A stretch of DNA of 58,052 nucleotides, from IMG/VR virus record IMGVR_UViG_3300009503_000396, positions 1 to 58,052 of that record; one strand, given 5' to 3'. A program made the position numbers and the translations under genes. The notes under the pieces are model-generated. The model ran no database searches, was not told where the DNA came from, and was given only the letters and a program-made list of their open reading frames with translations. This stretch comes from a virus (taxonomy: Duplodnaviria > Caudoviricetes). This document shows, piece by piece, positions 42,734-52,553 of this stretch; within the stretch, counting starts at the first letter, position 1, and each line of letters begins with the position of its first letter.

Positions 42734-43696
42734 ATGGAAATGGCAACAATATCAACTGGTTGTAAGACTCTCGATGATCTTCTTGCAGGAGGTCTCAAGA
42801 CTTCTGTCATCACCCTTCTTTTTGGTGCACCTAACTTAGGGAAAACATGGTTATGCTATCAAGTCTCATGCATGTGTACAAGACCACCTAAAGAAGGTGG
42901 ACTAGGAAAGAAAGTACTGTACTTGGACACAGAAGGTTTCTTCTTTACAGAAGACACTGTCGAACGCTTTGCTACTTTCTTCAAGAAAAGATGGCCAGAT
43001 TGTGATCCAAGTAAAATTGAGATAGTACAAGTGCCAGATCTGTTCCATCTTGGAGAACAGTTTGGTATGCAGTTTGAGGTACATCAGGAAGAAGCAAGAG
43101 TGTCAGTGGTGACAAAGTATCCAACAGAGAAGCAGAAGGAATTGGCAGAGAAGAAAGGAAAGAGTGTTGTAGACACACCAACAACAAAAGACAAAGACTG
43201 GTTGGAGAAAGCTCCAGTGTACAAGAAAGTAAAGTCTGGTGACTATGGACTAATTGTTATAGACTCTGTCACTGTGCCAATCAAGAGTGAAATATCAGCA
43301 ACAACACAGAACTTTCCTGCTAGAACAAGTGTGCTATCTGCTCTATTTGGTGCATGTTATCCAATAGCTAGACGTGCAGATATTGCAATACTAATTACAG
43401 ATCACTTGACAGCCAACCCAATGTCTCCTGGATATCAGTTTGGCACTGGTGATCCCTGGGGTGGAAGGAATGTCATGTACTATGTCAAACATATCTTTGG
43501 TATCTACAAACCCACAAAGGAATACATTGAGGCTTATGCGCCTGATGGAGCAAGAGTCAGACGTTTTGCAAGATACAGGTATCCAGGACTGGATCCTGCG
43601 ATTGTAGCTGTCAAACTCGAAAAGGATAAGGGCTACATAGATTTGCCACCAAAAGGTGCCAAACCAGCTAAGACAGAGGAGGTCATTGAAACATGA
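42734..43696 (+). CDS. RadA/RadB-family recombinase ATPase (no N-terminal HhH)
   Basis: ISTGC..LD.LL.GG, GAPNLGKT, YLDTEG, IVIDS, PWGG. Confidence 0.9.
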   Translation: MEMATISTGCKTLDDLLAGGLKTSVITLLFGAPNLGKTWLCYQVSCMCTRPPKEGGLGKKVLYLDTEGFFFTEDTVERFATFFKKRWPDCDPSKIEIVQVPDLFHLGEQFGMQFEVHQEEARVSVVTKYPTEKQKELAEKKGKSVVDTPTTKDKDWLEKAPVYKKVKSGDYGLIVIDSVTVPIKSEISATTQNFPARTSVLSALFGACYPIARRADIAILITDHLTANPMSPGYQFGTGDPWGGRNVMYYVKHIFGIYKPTKEYIEAYAPDGARVRRFARYRYPGLDPAIVAVKLEKDKGYIDLPPKGAKPAKTEEVIET

Positions 43697-43851
43697 GCAA
43701 GCAAGAAGAGACAGTCTACTACTGTATCTGGGAGACAAATGAAAAAGAAGTCTGCCCAATACGAACCAAATACAAGTTGAAACCAGAGAGTCTAGTACTG
43801 TTCTGTGCCAACTGTACTAAGTTGCCTCTCAACAAAAGGAAATATCCTTAA
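43693..43851 (+). CDS. small Cys4 protein (52 aa)
   Basis: Manual translation MSKQEETVYYCIW...CPIR...FCANC. Confidence 0.6.
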   Translation: MSKQEETVYYCIWETNEKEVCPIRTKYKLKPESLVLFCANCTKLPLNKRKYP

Positions 43852-43870
43852 CTCCCTTTTCTTTTTTCTT
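43852..43870 (+). terminator. oligo-T terminator
   Basis: CTCCCTTTTCTTTTTTCTT directly after a stop codon. Confidence 0.55.
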
Positions 43871-43897
43871 AATTGTTTAGGACTAAGGAGGGTCAAT

Positions 43898-44683
43898 GTG
43901 ACCCAAGTATCTTTTGACAAAGGAATTGTGAAGAAAGAGAACAATGCAATAAAGGTTACTCCTGCTGACAATTCTGTTCCCAAGCCTACCGACAATGGTC
44001 TAACTATTATGTATGTAGACGTTCATGAACCTGTTGAGATAGTTGAAAGGTTACAGAAAGAGAAAGGAATCTATGTAATACGTAAAGCATTGCCTGTTGG
44101 AGATTACTGTTTCTCCAACATAGGCATAGAGAGAAAGACTTTGTCAGATTTCTACAACTCAATTGTTCATGGTGACAAGCATATATGGAAACAACTCTTC
44201 AATCTGAAACATGCTTTTGAGAGACCAATCCTGATAGTAGAAAGATGGGATGACACGTTCTTAGCTTCACCTAACATGGAGAAGACAATAAGAGGAGCAA
44301 TAGCAGCAATTGTACTTATGGGCATAACAGTATTAGTGATACCAGGGAAAGGACAGAATATCAAGCCATTTGTTGATCAACTAGCATACTTGTTCTTCTC
44401 ATCAGACAAGAAAGCACTGTCAATGAGGCCAATACCAGAGAAAGGAAAGTCACGTTCTAAGAAGGATATTATCTCAGACATCATCTGTATGTTACCCGAA
44501 TGGGGCAGAGCAATGGGTGATGCTATAGCCTCTAGGGTTCAGAGTGTTGAAGAGATATGCAAGATGACTGATGAAGACTTGAAGAAGATATGTCCAAACA
44601 TAGGACCTAAGAGACTAGCTATTCTCAGATGGATATTCAATGGACAAGAACTGCCAAAGAAAGAGGGGCAGAACAACGGATGA
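43898..44683 (+). CDS. ERCC4/XPF nuclease, short form with HhH
   Basis: VDxHE, LPVGDY, IERKT..DF..SI, QL..L...ERPILIVE; HhH-like LPEWG and IGPK. Confidence 0.9.
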   Translation: MTQVSFDKGIVKKENNAIKVTPADNSVPKPTDNGLTIMYVDVHEPVEIVERLQKEKGIYVIRKALPVGDYCFSNIGIERKTLSDFYNSIVHGDKHIWKQLFNLKHAFERPILIVERWDDTFLASPNMEKTIRGAIAAIVLMGITVLVIPGKGQNIKPFVDQLAYLFFSSDKKALSMRPIPEKGKSRSKKDIISDIICMLPEWGRAMGDAIASRVQSVEEICKMTDEDLKKICPNIGPKRLAILRWIFNGQELPKKEGQNNG

Positions 44684-47343
44684 CGAAAGGTGTTTGGACA
44701 ACTATCAAGTACAAGAATGAAGTGTTTGATCCTACTCTTTCTGAGACTGATCCAAAGAAGTATAGACCAACTATTTATCTATGGACAAGAGACACAGACT
44801 TGAAACGTCATCGTCTTGTGATAAAAGATTTCAAGCCTTACTTCTATGTAATACCTGCTGTCAAGTCTGAAGCCAATGAAATATTCAATTCACCTGAGAT
44901 AGAGAAGTGGGAAGAAGTAGACTTTAATGGAAGAAAATTGTACAAGATATACTCGTACATCCCTGGTTTTGTAACAAAGTTAAGAAGTCTAGTGACAACA
45001 CGTTTTGCTCAGGCAGCAGCACGAGAAGCCGATGTGTTGTTTGAACTACGGTTCTTGATTGACAAAGGAATAAGAGGAAGTCTAGAATGGGATGAGCAAG
45101 GAAACATTAGACCATTGTCTGAGGACTTGAACATTCCACTCAGGAAAGTGTACATTGACATTGAAATCCATGCTGACAGACAGGTTGAAGGAGGTGGTAT
45201 GCAGAAGGATGAGTTCATTAGGTGCATTACTGCCTATGACTCATATGAGAGAGTCTACTATACATGGTACTTCAATGAATATGACTTGAAGCTGTCTGGA
45301 GATGACAGTTGGAAGATAACATGGTGTAGAACAATTGAAGAGATGTTAAAGTCTTTTCTCGAATATGTTAGAGACAGAGATCCAGATGTGATAACTGGAT
45401 ACAATGTAGACTTTGACTTGTTGAACATACAACAAGAAGCATTGCGTCAAGGGTTAGGAAAAGAACTATCCTACTTGTCTGCGTTGTGGGACTTGGGATA
45501 TGTTGGTCTGAAGAAAGGAACAAAAAAACGAAGAATAAGAGGAGTTGATTGGTCACATTCTGGTTTGTTGATTGATGGACGTGAAGTAATTGACATCCTC
45601 GACTGTATACGTATGATCTCACGAAGTCAGTTGAGGAGTTATACACTAGACTTTGTTGTTAAACAGTTCTTGGATCCAAATGAAGGAAAGATAACCTACC
45701 AAGGAAAGCCTGTTTCTTCTAACATCATCAAAGTATGGGACGAAAGTCCAATGACAGTACTTCAATACAACAAACATGATGTTGAACTAGTTGTCAAATT
45801 GGATGAGAAGAATGAACTGATTGGTTTCCTTGATCAGTTGAGAAAGACAGTTGGTGTTAGATTGGATGATGCATTCTCCAATCAACGAATGATAGACACA
45901 GAAGCATTGAGAAGAAGAGACTTTCCTCTGCCTTCCAAGTTTGAAAGAAAGCATGAAGAAGAGGAAGAGACTTACAAAGGTGCTCTTGTTATTGCTCCAG
46001 TACCAGGACTGCACAAGTGGGTTGTGTGTCTAGACTACAAAAGTCTGTATCCTACAATCATAAGGACGTTCAACATTGATACTGATACCTTCATTTCACA
46101 TGAGAAACTGTTGAGGAAAGGAGCAGAGTACTACGAGTTCACTAATCTAGAAGGGACAAAGAAATGGAGATTCTACAAGGAACCGAGAGGACTGTTTCCA
46201 CAGATGTTGGATGACTTTACAAGGATGAGAGATGAGTACAGAAAACAACTAGCAGGAGAAAAAGATACAGAGAAGAAAAGGTTGCTGGACATCAAGCAAG
46301 AAGTTGTCAAAGTCTTGTCTAATGCTGTCTATGGAGCATTTGGATACAGGTCTAGAAAACACAATTTGGAAGTAGCAGAAGCAGTGACAGCTTTTGGACA
46401 ACGAATGATTAAGTTTGCTGGTGAAGTAGCTGAAGAACTTGGAATGAAAGTGATTTATGGTGACACGGACTCAGTGTTCGTAGCAACAGGAGCAAACAAT
46501 TATGGTGAAGCATACAATGCTGGTCTACGTCTTCAAGATGAGATAATGAGAAGAATACCTAGATACATTCATCAGTTCAATGTGAGTTCAAAGGAGAAGT
46601 GTCTGTTTGAGATCAAGTTTGAAAAGGTGTACAGTAAGTTCTTCATTGGTGCACAGAAAGGGAAGGCAGTGAAGAAAAGATATTGTGGTTATGTGTTGGA
46701 GAAAGATGGTAGTAGTCACCTAGATGTAAAAGGATTTGACATTAGACGAAGTGACACATCAGATTTTGCTGTCAAGCTACAACGTAAACTCATAGAGACT
46801 TTGTTGAAGGGCAAGGAAAAGGAGAAAGTCTTGGAAGAGATAGCAAATGAACTGAACAGAATAACAGAAGTACCATTGGAAGAGATAGGTGTGCCATCTG
46901 CAATAACAAAACCACTAACAGAGTATAAGTCTAATGCTGTGCAGAAGAGAGCAGCAGAGAATGCTAACAAGTATCTGAACACTAAATACAAGTATGGTTC
47001 CAAGCCTCTGAGACTATACATCATACCACCACAACCAGAACAGTTGTACCCAAAGATGGCTAAAAGGTCAGAAGCAGAAAGAGATGCACTTGCTGAGGAA
47101 CTGAAGAAATTGGATGTCATAGCTTTTGATCAGACAATTGAATTGCCAGGATGGGTAAAAGTAGACTACAAAAGAATGTTAGCATTGACAGTAAAACCAA
47201 AGATAGAGAGATTCCTAGAAGCATTGGAAATAACTTGGGAAGAGATACAGAAATACTTGAAACCAGAATTGAGAGTCGAAAAGAAGAGAAAGAGAAAAGA
47301 ACTTCCTTTGGATGTGTACTTTGGAGGGAAGACAAATGCTTAG
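44680..47343 (+). CDS. polB: family B DNA polymerase with 3'-5' exonuclease
   Basis: DIE, GYNVDFD, YNKHD, DYKSLYP, KVLSNAVYG, YGDTDS, KKRY; PIP-like tail ELPLDVYF. Confidence 0.97.
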   Translation: MTKGVWTTIKYKNEVFDPTLSETDPKKYRPTIYLWTRDTDLKRHRLVIKDFKPYFYVIPAVKSEANEIFNSPEIEKWEEVDFNGRKLYKIYSYIPGFVTKLRSLVTTRFAQAAAREADVLFELRFLIDKGIRGSLEWDEQGNIRPLSEDLNIPLRKVYIDIEIHADRQVEGGGMQKDEFIRCITAYDSYERVYYTWYFNEYDLKLSGDDSWKITWCRTIEEMLKSFLEYVRDRDPDVITGYNVDFDLLNIQQEALRQGLGKELSYLSALWDLGYVGLKKGTKKRRIRGVDWSHSGLLIDGREVIDILDCIRMISRSQLRSYTLDFVVKQFLDPNEGKITYQGKPVSSNIIKVWDESPMTVLQYNKHDVELVVKLDEKNELIGFLDQLRKTVGVRLDDAFSNQRMIDTEALRRRDFPLPSKFERKHEEEEETYKGALVIAPVPGLHKWVVCLDYKSLYPTIIRTFNIDTDTFISHEKLLRKGAEYYEFTNLEGTKKWRFYKEPRGLFPQMLDDFTRMRDEYRKQLAGEKDTEKKRLLDIKQEVVKVLSNAVYGAFGYRSRKHNLEVAEAVTAFGQRMIKFAGEVAEELGMKVIYGDTDSVFVATGANNYGEAYNAGLRLQDEIMRRIPRYIHQFNVSSKEKCLFEIKFEKVYSKFFIGAQKGKAVKKRYCGYVLEKDGSSHLDVKGFDIRRSDTSDFAVKLQRKLIETLLKGKEKEKVLEEIANELNRITEVPLEEIGVPSAITKPLTEYKSNAVQKRAAENANKYLNTKYKYGSKPLRLYIIPPQPEQLYPKMAKRSEAERDALAEELKKLDVIAFDQTIELPGWVKVDYKRMLALTVKPKIERFLEALEITWEEIQKYLKPELRVEKKRKRKELPLDVYFGGKTNA

Positions 47344-47779
47344 CTTTCCTTGTTTTGCACTGAAAGAGAATAGGATAATACTATCACGAGAAGAATTAGA
47401 AATGAGGTTGAAAGAAGCACATGAGTCTGGGAAGTCTTGTGAAGTAAGTCTGTATGGTTTCAGCATGTGGTATAACATGGAGCCAATAGAAGAAAGTGTT
47501 ATCCTTGACAAAGTGGTCTACAGCGGGAAGAAGGAAGACTTGGAGGAGTTGGCAGAGAGGAAGTTGGAGGACGGGAAAGAAAGTGTTCTTATCTATGATG
47601 GATCACGATATCTGTTGTTTGTGAAAGAAGAAGTAGACTCACTAGAGGCCTTGAGAAAGATACAGGAACCAAATGTCAAGATAATAACAAATGTGAAAGA
47701 AAAGTTTGTATTCCCAGGGTATCCAAATCTTAAAACTGGTCAATTGAGTAGAGTAATACGGAAGTGGAAGAAGCAATGA
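47336..47779 (+). CDS. degenerate (apparently inactive) AEP primase small-subunit-like protein
   Basis: FP..., VSLY.F, ILDKVVYSG (cf. IDKxxFDxD), IYDGSRYLLFV (cf. FSGxKGxH), FPGYPNLKTG (cf. RxPxTxNxKTG). Confidence 0.55.
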   Translation: MLSFPCFALKENRIILSREELEMRLKEAHESGKSCEVSLYGFSMWYNMEPIEESVILDKVVYSGKKEDLEELAERKLEDGKESVLIYDGSRYLLFVKEEVDSLEALRKIQEPNVKIITNVKEKFVFPGYPNLKTGQLSRVIRKWKKQ

Positions 47780-49938
47780 GAGTTTGTTGGATATCTGATT
47801 ATCCTCTGAAAGGATCATCATTTGGTACTGTGACATATGAACTACTTACACGTATGCCAAAAGAACACTTCTTTGATGTGTTGAGTCTAGCTTACAAAGG
47901 GATGCCTCTGAAGATAGAAGAGAACATACGGATATTTGAATTGGAGAAAGCATACCAATTGACATACTACTTTGAGAAGTTGAAACCGGATGTAATTGTT
48001 CTATTCCACTCATACTGGTTGTTGGATTCTGTGGCATCACAAATGAATACTGCTCCTGGTAAGAAGATACTGTACATTCCAGTTGAAGGAGAAGATGTTC
48101 CATTTGAGTATCGGAAACACTTTGGGACTTATGACCTGATATTAACACCTTCAGAGTATTCAAGACGAGTGTTGAAGAAAGCAGACATAGATGCAAAGGT
48201 AGTTCCTCATGGTGTGGATACCAAGTTCTTCTTTCCAAAGCAGAAAGGTTGGCATGAGTTCAGATTTGGATACCTTGGTTTGAATGACATACGGAAACAA
48301 GTACCACGTGTCATGGAAGCCTATGCAAGACTTAAGCAAGGAACACTGGTTATTGCTGCTGACAAAGAAGGACACTATGATCTTCCATACTTGGCTAAAC
48401 AGTACAACATTGCTCCTATCTTCATAGAACAGAAGTTGAATGGACTAACTATGAGTAGAGAAGCAGTTAGAGACTTCCTTCAGTCACTGGATGTCTACAT
48501 AGCACCTGCAAGTGAATGCTTAAGCCCTGACACTGAGATAGTTACCGAAGAAGGAAAGAAAAAGATCTCACAAATAAGAGTTGGAGAAAAGGTTCTAACA
48601 TCAAAAGGTTGGAGAAGAGTAGAAAGAATTTTCCACCAAGAAAATCTGAAACCTGCTTGTAAACTGACTACCAGCCTTCTGAATGAAGTGGCCTCTTTCA
48701 CAAAAGATCACTTGGTTCTAGCAGCTAAGAGAACTGCTTACCATGGCAAAAAGAAAGCAGGTAAGGTAAGATATTATCCAGTAGGTTCTTTGAAGAGAGG
48801 AGATTTTGTTGCTTATCCAATTCCACAAGGCGAGAAAGAGTTGACTATTAACGTGGATAAGATTGTTGCCCCTAGTAAAGGTCGAAATCAGTACACTACT
48901 TTCTTGTACAAGAGAGAGAAACAGTTGCCTCCAATTCTAAAAGTAGACAAGGACTTCATGTCATTTTTAGGATACTATATTTCAGAAGGCTGTGTTGACA
49001 GGAGGAATGGGCTGATTCTAAGTAACTCTGATCCTCACATATTAAAAGAAATGGAAGACTTGGGCAAGAAGATATTTGGGATTGAGCCACGGAAAAATGT
49101 CCACCAAAAAGGAAGTTACAAACCAGTGACTAACTTGTGTTTTCAAAGTATTAGGCTAGTGAAACTCTTCAGAAATCTATTTGGAGCAAGAAGTTATGAA
49201 AAACATTTGCCTTGGAGTTTCTTACAACTAAAAAATGAATACTTGAAAGCCTTCCTTTTAACCTACATTAAAGGAGATGGTTGCTTCTCGAAGAAAGGTA
49301 ATAGAAAAAGCATTAGAATCTCAACAACTTCAAAAGAACTCTTCGAACAGTTGAAACTGATTTGTTTGAAACTTGGCTTGGTTCCATCTTGTCACACTCG
49401 TAGATTTAAGAACCCTCGGTGGCACACAGAATTCTCATTAAGTATTCATGGGCCTCAAGTCACTTACTTAGGCTTTCCTTCACCTAACAAAGAGAAACAT
49501 CAATTCTTTCTTAGAAGGGGTAAATTAGTCTTGATTCCAATAAAGAAAATTGAAGATACATCATTCAATGAGCGTTGGGACATAAGGGTAGAAGGAACCC
49601 ATGATTTTGTTGCCAATTGTTTGGTACATAATTCATTTGGCTTACCTGCTTTGGAGGCACAAGCATGTGGAGTACCAACAATTGCAATTGATCATGGTGC
49701 CGCAAAGGAAGTATTGAACAATGGTGCTGTCTACTGTAATGTAGCTGACTATCTAGAGACAACAATAGGAAAGATAGCACTCATTTCTGTACCAGACCTG
49801 TATAGGAAGATGAGATTCATGATACAAGTGAAAGAAGCATATGAAAAGACAGCAAGAAAGGCATTGGAGAATGCACAGAGATGGCCATGGGAGAATGCTG
49901 TGACAAAAATGTTAGAAGCATTGGAGGAGGTGAAGTAG
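47776..49938 (+). CDS. GT4-family glycosyltransferase with intein
   Basis: VVPHGVDT, N..RKQ, PASE|SFGLPALEAQACG. Confidence 0.9.
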   Translation: MRVCWISDYPLKGSSFGTVTYELLTRMPKEHFFDVLSLAYKGMPLKIEENIRIFELEKAYQLTYYFEKLKPDVIVLFHSYWLLDSVASQMNTAPGKKILYIPVEGEDVPFEYRKHFGTYDLILTPSEYSRRVLKKADIDAKVVPHGVDTKFFFPKQKGWHEFRFGYLGLNDIRKQVPRVMEAYARLKQGTLVIAADKEGHYDLPYLAKQYNIAPIFIEQKLNGLTMSREAVRDFLQSLDVYIAPASECLSPDTEIVTEEGKKKISQIRVGEKVLTSKGWRRVERIFHQENLKPACKLTTSLLNEVASFTKDHLVLAAKRTAYHGKKKAGKVRYYPVGSLKRGDFVAYPIPQGEKELTINVDKIVAPSKGRNQYTTFLYKREKQLPPILKVDKDFMSFLGYYISEGCVDRRNGLILSNSDPHILKEMEDLGKKIFGIEPRKNVHQKGSYKPVTNLCFQSIRLVKLFRNLFGARSYEKHLPWSFLQLKNEYLKAFLLTYIKGDGCFSKKGNRKSIRISTTSKELFEQLKLICLKLGLVPSCHTRRFKNPRWHTEFSLSIHGPQVTYLGFPSPNKEKHQFFLRRGKLVLIPIKKIEDTSFNERWDIRVEGTHDFVANCLVHNSFGLPALEAQACGVPTIAIDHGAAKEVLNNGAVYCNVADYLETTIGKIALISVPDLYRKMRFMIQVKEAYEKTARKALENAQRWPWENAVTKMLEALEEVK
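48517..49632 (+). mobile_element. intein with LAGLIDADG homing endonuclease (372 aa)
   Basis: Starts CLSPDTEI; FTKDH; LGYYISEG; YIKGDG; ends LVHN before Ser. Confidence 0.93.
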
Positions 49939-49939
49939 C

Positions 49940-50230
49940 ATGGAGAAGAAAGAGATAGAGAAAGTACGATATGTTGAAGGGTGGCGTTGTGAGTTCTGTG
50001 GTGAGATATATCCAACAAAAGAAGAAGCAGAGATGTGTTGGGAAAGACACATACGTTTTGAGATGCAACCTGTATTCTCAATGCAGGATGAGTTCCCTAT
50101 TGAAGTCCTTGTGAAGAAGATAGAAGGAAACTACTATACTGAGATAGCAACATATGAGCTAAAGAAGAAAGAGAAAGTACTGATAGAGCGACATGGAGGT
50201 GAAGAAGATGTCAGTGGAAATAGCACCTAG
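49940..50230 (+). CDS. zinc-finger hypothetical protein
   Basis: WRCEFCG..Y....EA..C...H. Confidence 0.65.
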   Translation: MEKKEIEKVRYVEGWRCEFCGEIYPTKEEAEMCWERHIRFEMQPVFSMQDEFPIEVLVKKIEGNYYTEIATYELKKKEKVLIERHGGEEDVSGNST

Positions 50231-52553
50231 AGTATCACAACAAGAGATAGTTCTGGACAAGAAAGAACATGGACGTACTTGGCGAGAGATGAGGATACTT
50301 TGGCATTCTGTAGCACCCTACATTCAATCAGGGTACGGGACAGTAACTAAACAAATGGTCAGCAGACTTTTGAACAAAGGATTTGTAGTCTTTGTCTCTG
50401 CATACTATGGACTACAACCTGGAGGGATAATCAATTGGAACGGTATCTATGTCCTACCAACAGAGAAGAGTCCTAAAGATCCACTAGGTTTTGCTTCTGC
50501 AAAAGAACACTTCAAACGCTTCAAGTGTGATCTAGCAGTATTCCATAGTGATTTCTGGGTCTCATATGAGTTTGCTAAGTCTATGCCAGTATCATTGTGT
50601 TACAGTCCCATAGACCATGAGAACTATCCTGAGAAATGGTTAAGTATTCTAAGGGCATACAACTATGTTGCTGTACCTTCTAGACATGCTGAGAATGAAC
50701 TGAAGAAGTTTGGGATACATGCACACTTCTTGCCACATGGAGTTGACATAAATATTTATCATCCAATGGACAAGACAATGTGCAAGAGATCATTTGGTCT
50801 TAACCCAGAGAAGTTCATCATTGGAATAGTAGCTGCCAACAATGACGAAGAATGCTTTGATGAACTAACAGAAATTCTAACAAGAGATGGTTGGAAGAAC
50901 TACAAAGAAATAAGTGAGAACGACTTCTTTGCCACTCTAAATGAAAAGGGAGAACTGGAATATCAAAAACCGTTGAGAATAGTCATTTACTCAGGAAAGA
51001 GAAAGATGCACTTACTGCAGACTAAGTTTCTAGACTTCTGTACTACCTTAGGTCATGAGCATTATGTTCAAGCATTCAACAATAGAGTGCAAGGAGGCAG
51101 AACTAGCTTTAGAAAAGAAACTTCTGCAGAGATCTTTGGTAAGAGAAGATGCTTCAAGAAGACTGCTATTTGGAAAGGAGAAGACGTAGAATACTTCTAC
51201 CTACCACCTTATAAAAGGAAATGGACTAACAGTGAAAGGTATTATTACAAACCAGAACTTCAAATAAAGATGGATGCATTTCTAAAATTGATTGGCTACT
51301 ATCTTTCAGAAGGTAGCTGTAATAGATATACTGTATTTATCTCTCAAAACGACGGGAGAAAGAAGGAAGAGATGCTAAGAGACCTTAGAGATTTGCCATT
51401 CAAAATAGGATCAGGAAAAGGAAAACTTTGGATCAACGATGTACAACTTGCTTCTTACATGAGAACTTTAGGTACTTCGGCAAGTGAGAAAAGACTACCA
51501 AGAGAACTACTAAACCTTAGTTCAAGACAATTAAGGATTCTCTGGAACGCAATTGTGAGAGGAGATGGCTGGAAACACTGCAACTCTGAGGCCTATTCTA
51601 CTACTTCAAAAGAACTTGCTGACCAACTTCAAGAGCTTCTTCTAAAGATAGGTGCTTGGGGTACTATTATTAAGAGAAAGATGAAAAAAGGAAGAATAGG
51701 AAAAAGAACAATAAAACCTTACTCTCAATATATCTACATTATAAGGAGAAATTCTCTTGAGGCTGTTGAGAATAGGCCTTCAAGACCAGGAAAGACTTTC
51801 TTAGAGAAGATCATAGATTATGAAGGAAATGTCTGGTGTGTAGAGGTTCCAAATCACTTAGTGTATGTAAGAAGAAATGGCAAAACAATGTGGTCTGGTC
51901 AAACAAGGAAAGCTTGGGATGCGAATTTTCTTGCTGTCAAGTATTTCTTAGACAACAATCCAGACGCTAAGAAGGATGTGGATGTGATTGTTCATACTAA
52001 TCCTGTGAGTGAGAAAGGAAGAAACCTGTATGAATTGGCACATCAGATAGGTGTAGAACAACATATTGTGTGGAATGAACCTTACTTGTCATATCTGTTA
52101 GGATTTCCTGAGAGTTTGATGTGTAAACTCTACAATGCAATGGATGTGTTCCTATTACTTTCACGTAGAGAAGGTTTCTGCCTTCCAGCATTAGAAGCAC
52201 AAGCTTGTGGAGTACCTTGCATACTTAATGAGTTTAGTGCATTGATAGAACGAAATGACTATGGACGGTGTGGATGGTTAGTAAAGCCTGCCACCTATAT
52301 CTATTCACCACTGAATGCGATAACATCTATACCAGATCCATATAAGGGGGCTGAAGCATTGGAAGAAGCATACAACAATGACTCCAAGAGAGAACACTTT
52401 GCAAAGAGAGCACTGGAGTGTGCAAAACAACAGACATGGGACATTGCTGTGGAAAAGTACTTCTTGCCATTGCTAGAACACATTGGAGAAAATATTCCTC
52501 ATCTGTCAAGTAAGTCTACAGAGAAGAAGTTGGAGGAAAGAAAACTTGCATAG
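50208..52553 (+). CDS. GT4-family glycosyltransferase with intein
   Basis: SGYG, PHGVD, VAANNDEE|TRK, SRREGFCLPALEAQACG. Confidence 0.9.
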   Translation: MSVEIAPRVSQQEIVLDKKEHGRTWREMRILWHSVAPYIQSGYGTVTKQMVSRLLNKGFVVFVSAYYGLQPGGIINWNGIYVLPTEKSPKDPLGFASAKEHFKRFKCDLAVFHSDFWVSYEFAKSMPVSLCYSPIDHENYPEKWLSILRAYNYVAVPSRHAENELKKFGIHAHFLPHGVDINIYHPMDKTMCKRSFGLNPEKFIIGIVAANNDEECFDELTEILTRDGWKNYKEISENDFFATLNEKGELEYQKPLRIVIYSGKRKMHLLQTKFLDFCTTLGHEHYVQAFNNRVQGGRTSFRKETSAEIFGKRRCFKKTAIWKGEDVEYFYLPPYKRKWTNSERYYYKPELQIKMDAFLKLIGYYLSEGSCNRYTVFISQNDGRKKEEMLRDLRDLPFKIGSGKGKLWINDVQLASYMRTLGTSASEKRLPRELLNLSSRQLRILWNAIVRGDGWKHCNSEAYSTTSKELADQLQELLLKIGAWGTIIKRKMKKGRIGKRTIKPYSQYIYIIRRNSLEAVENRPSRPGKTFLEKIIDYEGNVWCVEVPNHLVYVRRNGKTMWSGQTRKAWDANFLAVKYFLDNNPDAKKDVDVIVHTNPVSEKGRNLYELAHQIGVEQHIVWNEPYLSYLLGFPESLMCKLYNAMDVFLLLSRREGFCLPALEAQACGVPCILNEFSALIERNDYGRCGWLVKPATYIYSPLNAITSIPDPYKGAEALEEAYNNDSKREHFAKRALECAKQQTWDIAVEKYFLPLLEHIGENIPHLSSKSTEKKLEERKLA
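50853..51902 (+). mobile_element. intein with LAGLIDADG endonuclease and C-terminal Gln (350 aa)
   Basis: Starts CFDELTEILTRDG; IGYYLSEG; IVRGDG; ends VWCVEVP...RRNGKTMWSGQ before Thr. Confidence 0.88.
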
